DNA of 64,000 nucleotides. Source: Heteronotia binoei. Its lineage: Eukaryota. The notes under the pieces were generated by a model. It had not been told where the DNA came from and searched no databases. It worked only from the letters and a program-made list of their open reading frames with translations. How positions within the stretch are numbered: the first letter of the stretch is position 1; every line of letters starts with the position of its first letter. This document shows, one piece after another, positions 23,873 to 36,771 of the stretch. A program made the position numbers and the translations under genes. The DNA is taken from NCBI RefSeq assembly GCF_032191835.1, contig NC_083227.1:23188001-23252000 (forward strand). Reading direction: 5' to 3'.

Positions 23873-24783
23873 ATGCAGATCATTGCACCAAGTGCCCAGA
23901 AGATCAGTATCCCAATCTGGACCACACTCAATGCATTCCCAAAGATATAATTTTCCTTTCTTATGAGGAAACTTTGGGGATTATTCTCATTGTTTTGATC
24001 CTGTTCTTCTCCATGGTCACACTTCTAATTCTTGGAATCTTCATTAAATATATTGATACTCCAATAGTCAAAGCCAACAACCGAGACCTCACCTACATTC
24101 TTCTCATCTCACTCCTGATTTCCTTTCTGTCCTCCCTTCTGTTCATTGGTCAGCCAGGGAGGGTGACCTGCCTTCTCCGACAAACTACCTTCAGCACCAT
24201 CTTCTCCATTGCTGTCTCTTCCGTGTTGGCTAAAACAATCACTGTGGTGGTGGCCTTCATGGCCTCCAAGCCAGGAAGCAGGATGAGGAAATGGCTGGGG
24301 AAGAATCTGGCAAATTCTATTGTCATTGTCTGTTCAAGTGTTCAAATGGGCCTCTGCCTCATCTGGCTGAGTATCTCTCCCCCCTTCCCAGAGTTTGACC
24401 TGCACTCCCATAGTGGACAGATGATATTGCAATGCAATGAAGAGTCAGTGGCCCTGTTTTATGGTGCCCTGGGCTACATGGGCTTTCTGGCTGCCATCTC
24501 CTTCACAGTGGCTTTCCTGGCCAGAAAGCTTCCAGGGACTTTCAATGAAGCCAAGCTGATCACTTTCAGCATGCTTGTCTTCTGCAGTGTGTGGGTGTCG
24601 TTTGTGCCCACCTACCTGAGCACCAAGGGGAAATACATGGTAGTCGTGCAGGTCTTCTGCATCTTGGCCTCCAGTGCTGGTTTGCTGGGATGCATCTTCC
24701 TTCCCAAATGCTACATCATTATAGTGAGACCTGATCTGAATACTAAGGAACATCTAATGGCAAAAACGGAATCTAATTCTTAG
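23873..24783 (+). CDS. Vmn2r: V2R-A exon 6 (end of Cys-rich domain and 7TM)
   Basis: Acceptor ctttccag|, reads (D)[14 protein letters not shown]...[13 protein letters not shown]...[18 protein letters not shown]...PKCYII, stop TAG. Fully open. Confidence 0.95.
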
Positions 24784-26219
24784 CAGATTGCTTTTATCTT
24801 TTGCATTGCTGTGTTCAACATGTCAGCAACATACTTGTATTGAGAGTATATCACAGAGAGATGTCTTATTCTTTCACATACTTCATGAGAGATACTGTAG
24901 GACTACATAGTGAGATTGATATGCACAGTTTAATGACTTGTTGTTCTTTAGTTTGAATATTTGCATTTCATTGGTTGCCAACTTGTGTTTGGGTATTCTT
25001 GGAGGTTTCAGTGCTCTTTGTGGGGATAGCGGAATTTCAGGACATATACCAGCAGGGATATGAAGCCCCATCCTAAAATTCCATACCCAAATCTAAGCTC
25101 TTCCAGTTCCTCCCCAGCTACACCAACTCCTCCCACTAAAATTCAGTTTTTAATATTCTTTTATCTTCACAATAATGGGATTGGATGATTTCCCCATTGT
25201 TGGTGTGCCTGCCTATGAAGCATTGTAACGAAGCCCCACACATTGCTTGGTTTTAAGCGAGGTATTTTACTTTGGCATCAAAGTAGAACTTGTCAGCATA
25301 AGCTCAAAATGACTAAGTTGATCAGCCTTCTGACCATTTTTATTCATCCCCAAACAAGCAGACAAACCCCCTCTTATCTAATTCTAATGCTCCACCTCCT
25401 GCTTTCATTCCAGTAATTTCTTGTAGTTTTCCACTGCTCTGTCCCTCTGCTTATCAGCAATAAGCTCCTTCTCTGCGGGGCCCCTGTTATCTTGGATTCA
25501 CACCCTTAGCCTGTCTGGTTTTAACAGTTTAGCAGAAGCTCCTTTGAGGGGCCTCTTAAATGTCACTCTAAATGTTGCATCAGACATTCTCTTTTGAAGG
25601 CACAACCATATTTTCAATTATTATTATTATTGAGGTATTCATTAATTATTCAGGGGTCCCTCTTCAGCATATCTCCAAGAGAAGGGGGTAGAAACTTTAA
25701 AAAAAATGAAAGTAGGAAGTTCAGAAAAGCTGTTCCATAATATATAGATACAAAGATATTCTAGTGCTTATTTATAGAAGACCCACCTCAGAGGCTAAAA
25801 TGACTGCTGTGGGGATAGGATAAAAAAGAAAAAAGGCTGCCACAAGGACCTGAAAATCTGAATTTTTCCAAGCACAAAGCAGGTGTTCAGGTTCTGTAGT
25901 GATCTTTTCCAAAACTTCAGAGCCAAGCATGCTGCAGAAAGACTGGAGAAAATCCAGTGGAAAGAAGTGCACAAAGGTACCACAACACAGCAGAGAAAAA
26001 GGTAGACCCCTCCAACCACCCCCCCTTGAGTCCAAAAAGCATTGGACTAGAGGTAAATAACTTTAGTGGAACACACCTCAACCTAAAAAACAAACAAACC
26101 AACTTCAGGCTTCTCCATTTCTGTAGAAATTTGGTGCCTCCCTCTGTTCTCACTACATTGTAAATATGTGTTCCTATTTATTTATTGATGTGATTTAAAA
26201 TGGGGGTGGGGGTGGGCTC

Positions 26220-29200
26220 CCTCGGGTATCCTGCCCTCTCAGGGAAAGTGTATGCGCAATACATCGCCTCTCCTTTCCCGGTGTAGTGAACGCCGCGTGG
26301 TCACTGTCTGGCTATGCCTGGCAGATGGTCACTGCAATGGCCTCTCCTGCATTACCGCATCCATGGCAACACCTTCTCGCTGCCCCCCCCCGTTTCTCAC
26401 AGAGTTTGCCACGTCATGGTGCGACCAAATGTCCGGCTGTATAACCGAATGGGCAGGCTGGGCTCACCAAACTCGCCAGCCAAGAGAAGGAAAACTCTAA
26501 CATCAAACCCGGGCAGATAGAGCTCGTTAATGTAACACCTATCACCTGGAGGACTCGCTGCCGGCGTCCCAGCTTACTGGGCCATGGCAGATGACCCCAA
26601 GGTGAAAGGGTGGAGCCACTACCGCGCACACTGTGCTTCACCTAAAAATTCACCTGAAGGGCATATCCACATCCACAACCCACAACACACCAAGTCCTGC
26701 AGCGATGGGCAAGGGGCGAAACGGCAGGTGGAAGATGCCACTGGAAGCCGCAATCCCGATCCTGCATTTGGGCGGTTCAGAGTATTGGTCGCCTGATGCT
26801 GACCCGGAGACAAAAGCATTTTTCGGCAGCACCCTGAACGACCAAGCAGCCTTATCTAGGGAAAGCACTGCTTGCTCTGCATGGAGAGGGGCCTAAAAAG
26901 GTGGCCTAAACAAAGCTCATCTCCTCCCCCCCCCAGTTGGCTAGCCGCGGTCAACGGCTTCCTTACTTATGGTCAAAAAATAACAACAAAGAAAAGGCAT
27001 GCACCTGCCTCACAAAGTGTGCAAAGACTAAAGCTTGCGTGTTGGAACATCAGAAACATGCTTGACACAGTAGACAGTGGTTGCCCTGAACGACGCTCTG
27101 CTCTAGTTGCCCACAAACTTCTCAGGTTGAATATTGACATAGCAGCTCTCAGTGAGGTCCGTTTCCCTGAGGAAGGTTGTCTTCAAGAACACAGTGCTGG
27201 CTATACCCTCTACTGGTCGGGTAAGTCAAAGGCTGAGAGCCGCCTTTCTGGCGTGGGCTTCATGGTCAGGAACTCCATTGCCTCCAAACTCGAAAACCTG
27301 CCAACAGGCCACTCAGATCGCATCATGTCAATGCGCCTCCCACTTCAAAACAAGCAGCATGCAACACTCTTCGGTGTGTATGCCCCAACCCTTCAAGCAG
27401 ATCATGCAGAAAAGAACAAGTTCTATCCTGATCTACGCAACCTCATACGGAAGACCCCTACAGAGGACAAGGTGATCATCCTTGGCGACTTTAATGCCAG
27501 AGTAGGTAAAGACTCGGAAGCCTGGAAAGGAGTACTTGGCAAACACGGCATTGGCAACTGCAATGATAACGGGCGCCTCCTGCTAGAATTCTGCACAGAG
27601 CACCAGCTCACCATCACCAACACTATCTTTCAGCAGAAGAACAGTCTGAAGACAACCTGGATGCACCCACGGTCCAAGCACTGGCACCTTATTGACTACA
27701 TTCTGGTGCTCCAGAGAGACCTTCGAGATGTCTTACACACCCGAGTAATGCCTAGTGCGGAATGTCATACGGATCATCGTCTTGTACGCTGCAATCTCCG
27801 TCTTCACTTTAAACCCACACCCAGGAGAGGAGGTATCCCTCGGAGGAAGCTTCAGGTTGGCAGCCTTCAGTCAGCCGAAGTTAAAGCTGCCTTCCAGGCA
27901 AAACTCCAGTCAAGAATTGAGCACCCCAGTTGCTGCACAGACCCTTCTCCAGAAGCACTCTGGGAACACCTAAAGCTACCATCCTGTTGATCTCTGAAGA
28001 AGTCCTTGGGTTCTCCACAAGGAAGAACAAGGACTGGTTCGACAAGAACAATCAAGAGATCCAAGAATTACTAGCGAAAAAGAGATCTGCCTACCAAGCA
28101 CATCTTGCTCAGCCCTCCTGTCCCGGGAAAAAAGCAATCTTTCAAGCTGCATGTAGCAACCTCCAGCGCAAGCTTCGAGACATTCAGAATGAGTGGTGGA
28201 CCAAGCTTGCAGAGAGAACCCAGCTGTGTGCAGACACTGGTGATTCAAGAGGGTTCTACGAAGCCCTGAAGGCAGTATATGGTCCATCATATCAGGCTCT
28301 GAGTCCCTTGCGTAGTGCAGACGGCCAAGTGCTCCTCACAGACAAGGCATCCATACTGAACCGGTGGTTGGAGTATTTTCAGGTTCTCTTCAGTGCCAAC
28401 CGCGTAGTTCAAGATTCAGCAATCCACCTCACCCCACTTCAACCAGTGAAAACAGAGTTGGATGAGATCCCGACCCTAGAAGAGACTTTTAAAGCCATCA
28501 AGCAACTGAAAAGTGGCAAGGCAGCGGGAGTTGATGGAATCCCACCAGAGATCTGGAAGCATGGGGGCACAGTACTACATAGCACACTTCACAAAGTACT
28601 TGTCACCTGCTGGGAACAAGGCAAACTACCACAGGACTTTCGCAATGCAATCATCATCACCCTACACAAGAACAAAGGGGAAAAGTCAGACTGCTCCAAC
28701 TACCGGGGGATAACCCTGCTCTCCATCGCAGGCAAAATCCTTGCCAGAATACTCCTGAACAGACTGGTGCCCACCATTGCAGAAGAACTCCTCCCAGAGA
28801 GCCAATGTGGCTTCAGAGCTAACAGGAGCACCACCGACATGGTATTTGTTCTCAGACAGCTCCAAGAGAAATGCAGGGAACAGAACAAGGGTCTATATGT
28901 GACTTTTGTCGACCTTACCAAAGCTTTCGATACTGTTAGCAGGAAAGGTCTGTGGCAAATCTTGGAACATTTAGGATGCCTCCCAAGGTTCCTCAGCATG
29001 ATCATCCAGCTACATGAAGACCAGCGAGGCCAAGTCAGACACTGCAACAACCTCTCGGAGCCCTTCCCAATAGGCACAGGTGAAAAGCAAGGCTGCGTTC
29101 TCGCGCCAACTCTCTTTACGATCTTCTTTAGCATGATGCTTGAAAGAGCCGCAGTAGATCTAGATGATGACGATGGTGTCTACATCCGCTATTGCACTGA

Positions 29201-30277
29201 TGGAGGCCTGTTCAACCTGAGGCGACTGAAGGCTCACTCCAAAACAATAGAAAAACTCATCCGAGAGCTACTGTTTGCTCATGATGCTGCACTCATCTCC
29301 CACTCGGTATCAACTCTGCAGCATATGATGTTCTGCTTCGCAGAGGCTGCCAAGCTATTCGGCCTAGAAGTTAGTCTGAAGAAGACAGAAGTTCTCCACC
29401 AGCCTGCACCTCAGAAAGATTATCATCCTCCCTGCATCACTGTGGGTGAATCAGTTCTGAAGACAGTCCAGCAGTTCAGCTACCTGGGGTGCATCATCTC
29501 CTCAGACGCCAAGATCGACAAGGAGATTGACAACAGGCTGGCAAAGGCAAACCGTGCATATGGCCGACTGCACAAAAGAGTGTGGAGCAACAAGCATCTG
29601 AAAAGAGGCACAAAGATCAATGTTTACAAAGCGGTTGTGATGACAACCCTCATCTACAGCTCCGAATCGTGGGTTTTATACCGTCATCACCTGCGATTCC
29701 TTGAGCGCTTTCATCAGCGCTGCCTTCGCACCATCCTCATTATCCACTGGAGTGACTTTGTGACCAACACTAAAGTCCTCAAGCGGGCAGAGGTTACAAG
29801 CATCGAGGCACTGCTGTTGAAGACGCAGCTGTGCTGGGCAGGGCATATTTCTAGGATGGAAAACCACCGCCTTCCCAAGATTGCTCTGTATGGCGAACTT
29901 TCCACTGGCCATCGAAATAGAGGGGCACCAAAGAAGAGGTACAAGGACTCCTTGAAGAAATCCCTTGGTAACTGTCGCATCAACCATCACCAGTGGTCTG
30001 ACCTATTCTCAGATCGCAAAGCATGGAGGCACACCATCCACCAGGCTGTCTCTTCCTTTGAGAACGCACACATAGCTGGTCTTGAGGACAAAAGGAGATT
30101 GAGGAAGAATCGCACTGCTACAGCACCAACCCCAAATCAGACTTTTCCCTGCAGCCACTGTGGCCGGATCTGCCTGTCCCGCATTGGTGTTGTCAGCCAC
30201 CAGCGAGCCTGCAGCAGACGTGGACTACTGCACCCTTCTTAAATCTGCGTTCGCGAAGTCAAGCCGAGAGAGAGAGA
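26220..30277 (+). mobile_element. Near full-length RTE-clade LINE (not BovB)
   Basis: Long 5' UTR, APE endonuclease 26872-27990 (WNIR, LSEVR, GDFNARVG, HLIDY) and RT 27930-30242 ending in a CxxC...HxxxC finger. (GA)n tail. One frameshift near 27975. The 5' edge is approximate and no TSD was found. Confidence 0.93.
26365..26456 (+). ncRNA. Candidate HDV-like self-cleaving ribozyme (degenerate) in the RTE 5' UTR
   Basis: Folded by eye. P1 GGCAAC/GTTTGCC, P2 CTGCCC/GGGCAG, P3-L3 CCG-TTTCTCA-CAG, and J4/2 CGAA immediately before P2'. Several imperfections. Confidence 0.45.
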
Positions 30278-30409
30278 TAAGCAGGGCTGTTGGCCCTGCA
30301 AGTCATTTCCATTTTTACCTCGCTATGCTGAATCACTGAATAAAGAGCTGAATTCACTATCTCCTGGGCGTCCTCATGCTTCGAACCCAGTACCTTTTAG
30401 AAGGGCTGG

Positions 30410-31033
30410 AGAAGAATGCCTAAAGGGCGAAATGACCATGCAGCAGTTCAAGTAAAATACAGAGTGGAACTTTCAGAATCCAAGAAAGATTTCATCTAAG
30501 TGGGCAGGTTTAAACTTTGGAAGGATAGGGAAGTGCCCTATAAACTACTGATTTAGTATTTATGATGACCAGATTTGGGGAGATAATATATATTGAGAGC
30601 CATACCTTCTCTTGCTCTTCTAATGGTATTGGTAGGCATCCTGCCATGCAGTTTTTAAGCCTCCTTACTTGCATTGACAAACTACACCAATGTCATATGG
30701 GTATCATCTAAGGCAGGGGTGTCAAATTTTCAACCTCCAGGCCAGAACAGTCCTGCTCAGGGCTTTAATCGGGCCTGGATCTGAGCTTTCTCAGCAATGC
30801 TGCAGAGAACTTAAAAAAACTTAATAAAGATTTATCATTTTTATTTAATTTTCAAGCTTGTTTAACAGGTGCACATTTTGGCTTCTCTCTCTAATTCAAA
30901 ATCTGTATTTTTAAAAATGTTGTCTTTGTCTTCTGTGATTATTTTTACCTGATTAAGGGAATAGTGATTTTGTGTTCTTGAAACTTGTTACTAATTCTGA
31001 GCCCAAAGACAGACAGGGCAGGAAATGCCATAA

Positions 31034-31111
<78 letters not shown>

Positions 31112-32097
31112 CTGGCCCTAAAGGAGTACACATGATTGTGGATATGAATGAGACATACATGATACTGAAGTTACTCTTTTCCTTTCCAGATGCAGATCAT
31201 TGCACTGAGTGCCCAGAGGATCAGCATCCCAACCTGGACCACACTTTGTGCATTCCCAAATATATCATTTTCCTTCCTTATGAGGAGACTTTGGGGATTA
31301 TCCTCATTGTTTTGGTCCTGTTCTTCTTCATAGTCACACTTCTAATTCTAGGAATCTTCATTAAATATACTGACACGCCGATAGTCAAAGCCAACAACCG
31401 AGACCTCACCTACATTCTTCTCATCTCACTTCTGCTTTCCTTTCTGTCCTCTCTTCTGTTCATCAGCCAGCCAAGGAAGGTGACCTGCCTTCTCCGACAA
31501 CCACCTTTAGCACCATCTTCTCCATTGGTGTCTCTTCTGTGTTGGCTAAAATGATCACTGTGGTGGTGGCCTTCGTGGCCACCAAGCCAGGAAACAGGAT
31601 GAGGAAATGGCTGGGGATGAGTCTGGCAAACTCTATCATCATTCTCTGTCCAGTGTTCAAATGAGCCTCTGCTTCATCTGGCTAGGTACCTCTCCCCCTT
31701 CCCAGAGTTTGACCTGCACTCCCATAGTGGACAGATGATATTGCAATGCAACGAATGGTTTGTGGCCCTTTTTTATGGTGCCCTGGGCTACATGGGCTTC
31801 CTGGATGCCATCTCCTTCACAGTAGCTTTCCTGGCCCGAAAACTTCCCGGGGCCTTCAATGAAGTCAAGCTGATCACCTTCAGCATGCTGGTCTTCTGCA
31901 GTGTTTGGGTGTCCTTTGTGCCCACCTACTTGAGCACCAAGGGGAAATACATGGTAGCTGTCCAGGTCTTCTCCATCTTGGCCTCCAGTGCTGGCTTGCT
32001 GGGTTGCATCTTCCTTCCCAAATGCTACATCATTATAGTGAGACCTGATTTGAATACCAAGAAACATCTAATGGCAAAAACAGAATCTAATTCTTAG
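30410..32097 (+). pseudogene. Vmn2r: Remnant of an older V2R paralog: intron-3 and intron-5 pieces plus a frameshifted exon 6 (31190-32097)
   Basis: Exon 6 homolog with an intact acceptor and three 1-bp deletions (near 31501, 31650 and 31695). 30410-30660 matches intron 3 of copy A and 30930-31000 matches intron 5. No exons 4-5 were seen. Confidence 0.88.
31039..31107. repeat. (AAT)n microsatellite
   Basis: About 23 perfect AAT units. Confidence 0.97.
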
Positions 32098-32299
32098 TAG
32101 ATTACTTTTATCTTTGCATTGCTGTGTCCAACATGTCAGCAATATACTTGTGTTGAGAGTAAATCAGTGAGAAACGTCTTATTCTTTCACGTACTTCATG
32201 AGAGCTACATAACAAGATTGATATGCATATTTTAATGACTTATTGTTCTTTAGTGTCAAGGTTAAAAACTTCCTTCCTTTTGATCCATCAGAAGTCCAT

Positions 32300-32470
32300 G
32301 TGTTTATTTATTTATTTAGTTAACTTATATTCCACCCTTTCCCATAACGGGCTCAGAGCGGATCACAACATAAATTAGACAATAAAAACCAACAAGTCAA
32401 ATTTAAATCAATACAATAAAATCAATACAATACAATAGCATGATAAAGCTAAATACGGTGCATCACCGGC
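32300..32470 (-). mobile_element. L2-type 3' tail fragment
   Basis: (TTTA)n followed by CCACCCTTCCC...GGGCTCAGAGCGG. Absent from the homologous 3' flank of copy A (about 24950). Confidence 0.6.
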
Positions 32471-32805
32471 GGAAAGGGCAGATTTCACAAAGAGCAGCTT
32501 CTTTATCTATGCTAGATCTCTTTGTCTCACTCTGGTTCAGTGAAGGTATGGTTTGAATATTTGTATTTCTTTTGGTTGTCACCTTGTGTTTGGGAAATTC
32601 ATGGAGGTTTCAGTGCTGTTTGTGGAGACAGAGGAATTTCAGGAGATATATCAGCAGGGCTGTGATGCCCTGTCCTGAAATTCCATACCCAGGTCTAAGT
32701 TTTTTCAGTTCCTTCCCAGTTCCACCTACGCCTCCCACTAATACCCAAATTTGTCTTCCTTACAAGAATGGGATTGGTCAGTTTCCCCACTATTGGTGTG
32801 GCTGC

Positions 32806-33230
32806 TGTTAGCTAAATTGCCCTCCAAAGAGGTATGGGGGAATTATTTAGGTGGGCAAAGATGGCAAAATATACAGGGCTGATAACCTGTGTATACAGGA
32901 GTCAGCCCACCCAGGAGCCCTCTTAAATAACAAGGAGATTGGTTTGGTGTACTAAAAATAGGTATTTATGGGGAAAATGATTCAAGCACATAAGAAAACT
33001 CAAATTGTCAACATTCACACAGAACTAGGAAGATAGGTAGGAAAATAGGTATGAAAAAGTGAAAGAGACATATGATGGGAGACATACAAGGTGATACTAT
33101 ACCTCTTGGTGACAAACAAAGGACTATCCTCTAGTGAAGACTATAAGGGAGGGGGGAACAAGAGACGACCAGCATCATTTGCAATAATGGGTACACTGGA
33201 AGTCCTGTGGGAGCAAGAGACGACCAACAT
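32806..33230. mobile_element. LTR-like repeat related to 12507 and 47865
   Basis: TGTTAGCTAAATTGCCCTCCAAAGAGG...TAGGTGGGCAAA...GATAACCTGTGTATAC aligns by eye to 12507-12720. The end is approximate. Confidence 0.5.
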
Positions 33231-33269
33231 CACTTGTCCATTGGAAGCACTGTGTCTGGGTCAGAAGGG

Positions 33270-34195
33270 GACGGGAAGTGGGATCAGGCTCCCACCCTTT
33301 GATGGCTCCCAATTGATGCCATCAACAGAGGTGAAGAGCCTGGGGGTGTTCCTGGATGCCTCTTTATCTATGGAGGCACAAGTCACTGCCACTACGAGGG
33401 CCACCTTTTTCCATCTGAAGCAGGCCTGGCAGTTGGTTCATTACCTTACCTCCCATGATCTAGTCACATTGATTCATGCAATGGTCACCTCCAGATGATA
33501 CTATTGTAACTCGCTCTACTTGGGGCTCCCCTTGATCTTGCTACGGAAACTCCAGCGGGTGCAGAACACAGCAGCCTGGTTGTTGGCACCGAGACCTACG
33601 CGGGCATGGATGCCTCCTGTGCTGCGCAAACTGCACTGCCTACCTTTCGAATACTGGATCTGGTTCAAGGTGTTGGTCCTTACCTTTAAGGCCCTTTACG
33701 GCCAGGGGCCTGCATATCTTCGGGACCGCCTCTCCCCTTATGAACTCCCCCCGGGCTCTGAGGTCTGCTGCTCAACATCTTCTTGTAGTTCCTGGTCCTA
33801 AGGATGCCTGGCTGCCTTCAATGAGGACCAAAGCCTTTTCGGACCGGGCTTCTACCTGGTGGAATGAGCTCCCACGGGAGATCTGGGACCTGAAGGACTT
33901 ATCAAGGTTTCACAGAGCCTGTAAGACGGATCACTTGCACCAGGCTTTTAATTAATCCAGTGGGCGTCCTCTGAAAGTCATCACTTCCCCCAGAAATTCA
34001 CTGTTATGGTGTGATGTTATGCTACTAGCCATCAGCTGCATGCTGTTACTGCTTATGTCTGTAAGATTGTTTATTGTGCTGCTCCTGTTTTGTAATGCTA
34101 TTTTTATGGTATTGTTTTAACTGTGTTGTGAGCTGCCCTGAGCCCACTTGCGGGATAGGACAGGGTAGAGATCTAAAAATTTAATTAAATTAAAT
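33270..34195 (+). mobile_element. L2-clade LINE 3' fragment, decayed
   Basis: Reads VKSLGVFLDASLSMEAQV, LQRVQNTAAWLL and WWNELPREI, with an L2-type tail near 34135-34195. Confidence 0.85.
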
Positions 34196-34239
34196 ATTGA
34201 TCAGGAATTGGGGGTGGCTCTGACAGCAAGGTAGAGATA

Positions 34240-34452
34240 TGAACATATGAAGCTGCCTTCTACTGAATCAGACCCTCGGTCCATCGAAGTCAGTATTGTC
34301 TACTCAGACTGGCAGCAGCACTCCAGGGTCTCAAGCTGCGATTTTTCACACCAATTTGCCTGGACCTTTTTTTTTTGGAGATGCCGGGGATTGAACCTGG
34401 GACCTTCTGCTTACCAAGCAGATGCTCTATCACTGAACCACCATCCCTCCCC
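34240..34452 (-). mobile_element. tRNA-derived SINE (family of 4009)
   Basis: Minus strand has GGTTCAGTGATAGAGC and the B box GGTTCAATCCC, with the shared body. Confidence 0.8.
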
Positions 34453-36597
34453 TGTCGGATACCATCAGCCAAACCTTGCTGGCCAAAAATCTGGCCTTCT
34501 TATAGCTAAATTCATATCTTGAGGCAGGATCATGTGATGGTCAACATCTACCCAGAAATGGCTCCTGGAAATAATCAAAAGAATTTGATGGGCATTGATG
34601 ATTTGCTTAGTGCAAACCATATTCTGAACAAAAGAACTAGAGTGGTCAATCTAGTGCTGAATTGTTCACTATTGTAACACCTTGGGTAAAACAATGGAAG
34701 GGGGACATGGGGCTGTTGACAGTCATCTTCAATGATGCTCTATTGTGGAAGAAGCTTGTCTTGATGAGTGTCAAGAAGATTCTTTTTTGGTGCAAAGACA
34801 TTACAACAGCTTATTGTTGACTGTCTGCCTCTGTATCTGCATATCCAAAGCATTGGATGGTCTCTGGAATGTGATATGTGATGGAGACATCTCCTCTGCA
34901 TTGCAGTTTGCAGGAGAGAGTGTTGGGTATTTTTGGGACATCTCAGGAACACGGCTTTTCTCGGGGCTGCTTCTGGTGCTGTCTTCTCAATGACAGGGAT
35001 GCAGTTTCTATTCTGCAGGCTGAGCAGCTGGTCTGTGAAGAACAGACTGGTGTCCTCTTAGCATGACAGGCATGTTTACACAATAACAGGCGTTTTTTGT
35101 TCAGAATTTTTCCCTCATAATAGTGACAAACTCCTATGAGTTCATGAAAATCTTTCCCAATCCATTTTAGATTTTCAAGAGAGACATGAATGGGGCAATG
35201 GATCCCATGAAGAAATGCCTTCTTTCCTGGGACATTAGCAAGCAGGAAAACCTCCCTGTGTGATTTTTTTCTCTGGGCTGGAAAGAAAGCAGTCAGTGTG
35301 TAAGAACCTTCCACACTCACCTTCTTCCAAGTGCTAATTGAGCTAGCAGGAAAGACAACGGGATGGTTAAACATCCCTCTTCCCCCCCCCCTCCCTTCCT
35401 TCTCCAAGCAGGCAGGTTTCTGTGTGGGGGTATCAAATGCCAGAGAGTCTTTAGGAAGACAGGTCACTGGAGACAAGAAAAGCTCCCTTGACCTGGGCAG
35501 CCTGGGTCAAGGGGCAGTGCTGGATTGAGCCTGCCTTGGCAGGGAGGGCGGGATATAATGCGAAAAATAAATTAAAAAAAATAAACCCTGTGGAGGCCCC
35601 TAGGCAGTCAAAATCTTGGGGCCTCCCTGCAAATTATCTCAGAGTTGGAGCACCCGCCCCACTGCCTGTGGCCCCCACTGCAGCCTGCAGGCACCATCTC
35701 ATAAGGCCCTTTGATGAAGCTGTGGGGGAAAGGCAAAGAGAGGCAAACTTGGTGACAACACCAGCAGCAGCTGCACCAGGCAAGTCAGGTAAAGAGCGGC
35801 TCAGTTGTTGGCTGCGCATGTAGGCTGGGTGGGCTCCGAGTGGGGAAAACTGGGGGAGAGAAGCTGGCCAGGGACCCCTAAGGGCATGGGGGCCCATAGG
35901 CCAGTGCCTACTTGGTCTAATTGTTAATTGGGGAAAGAGATTTGATAACATTCCTTTCAACAGGAAGAGAAGGTCTCTTGTGGCTAAGCTTGCCAACCCC
36001 TAGGTCCTGGCGGGAGATCTCCTAGTTTTGCTGGCTCCTCCCCGCCACTATCCAGCTGCCAATGCGTGTGGGGGAGTCCTGCCCTAACTACCACCATGTG
36101 CCTTTATATCTTGGCAGGCTTAGAAGAAACCTGCAAACTGCCTGTGTGTGTGTGTGACTTTAAATCCTGTGGGTAGTACTTGGATGGGAGACCCAGAGGA
36201 AAGCTGAATGGGCAAGGCAAGTAGTCAGGGTCACATGTGTCTTCTCAGTGTGTGTGAAGCATGTGAGAAAGCAAGAGAAGGCAGCACAGTCCCTCAACTT
36301 GTTTTGCATTTGTTGCAAAAGTCGTTTACATAGTAAAAGGGACAATAAAGAGTTAACTAGAACCTGCTCCAGATGCAGCATCTGGATAGCAGGAATTGGT
36401 AGCACTTGCAATTTGTTTTTAATTAATTGGTCTTAGTGACTACTGTATACATTTTCATTCTTGTTCATTGCCTAGAACCTGGCACCAGCTGGGATGAGGT
36501 AATTCATGAAAACAACCACAACAAACAAAAATGTAGAAAAAGGCCAGCAGGAACTCATTTGCATATTAGGCCACACCCCCTGACATCACAATTGTTT

Positions 36598-36692
36598 TAG
36601 AACATAAGACCATAAGAGAAGCCATGTTAGATCAGGCCAATGGCCCATCCAGTCCAACACTCTGTGTCACACAGTGGCCAAAAAAATTTATA

Positions 36693-36771
<79 letters not shown>

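Larger units (their letters stand above)
2953..24783 (+). pseudogene. Vmn2r: Vomeronasal type-2 receptor, copy A: six coding exons and a single in-frame TGA at 3004-3006
   Basis: Exons of 230+289+834+228+127+911 nt total 2619 nt (873 codons), and all splice phases are compatible. Domain order is signal peptide, Venus flytrap, Cys-rich domain, 7TM. The symbol is family level only. Typed as pseudogene because of the TGA, but see findings. Confidence 0.9.

Noticed and set aside
26160-26230. Target-site duplication for the long RTE
   Set aside because: The sequence after the (GA)n tail (TAAGCAGGGC) does not recur near the 5' end, so the 5' boundary stays approximate.
30945-31160. Poly-tyrosine ORF
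   Set aside because: It is the antisense reading of the (AAT)n microsatellite.
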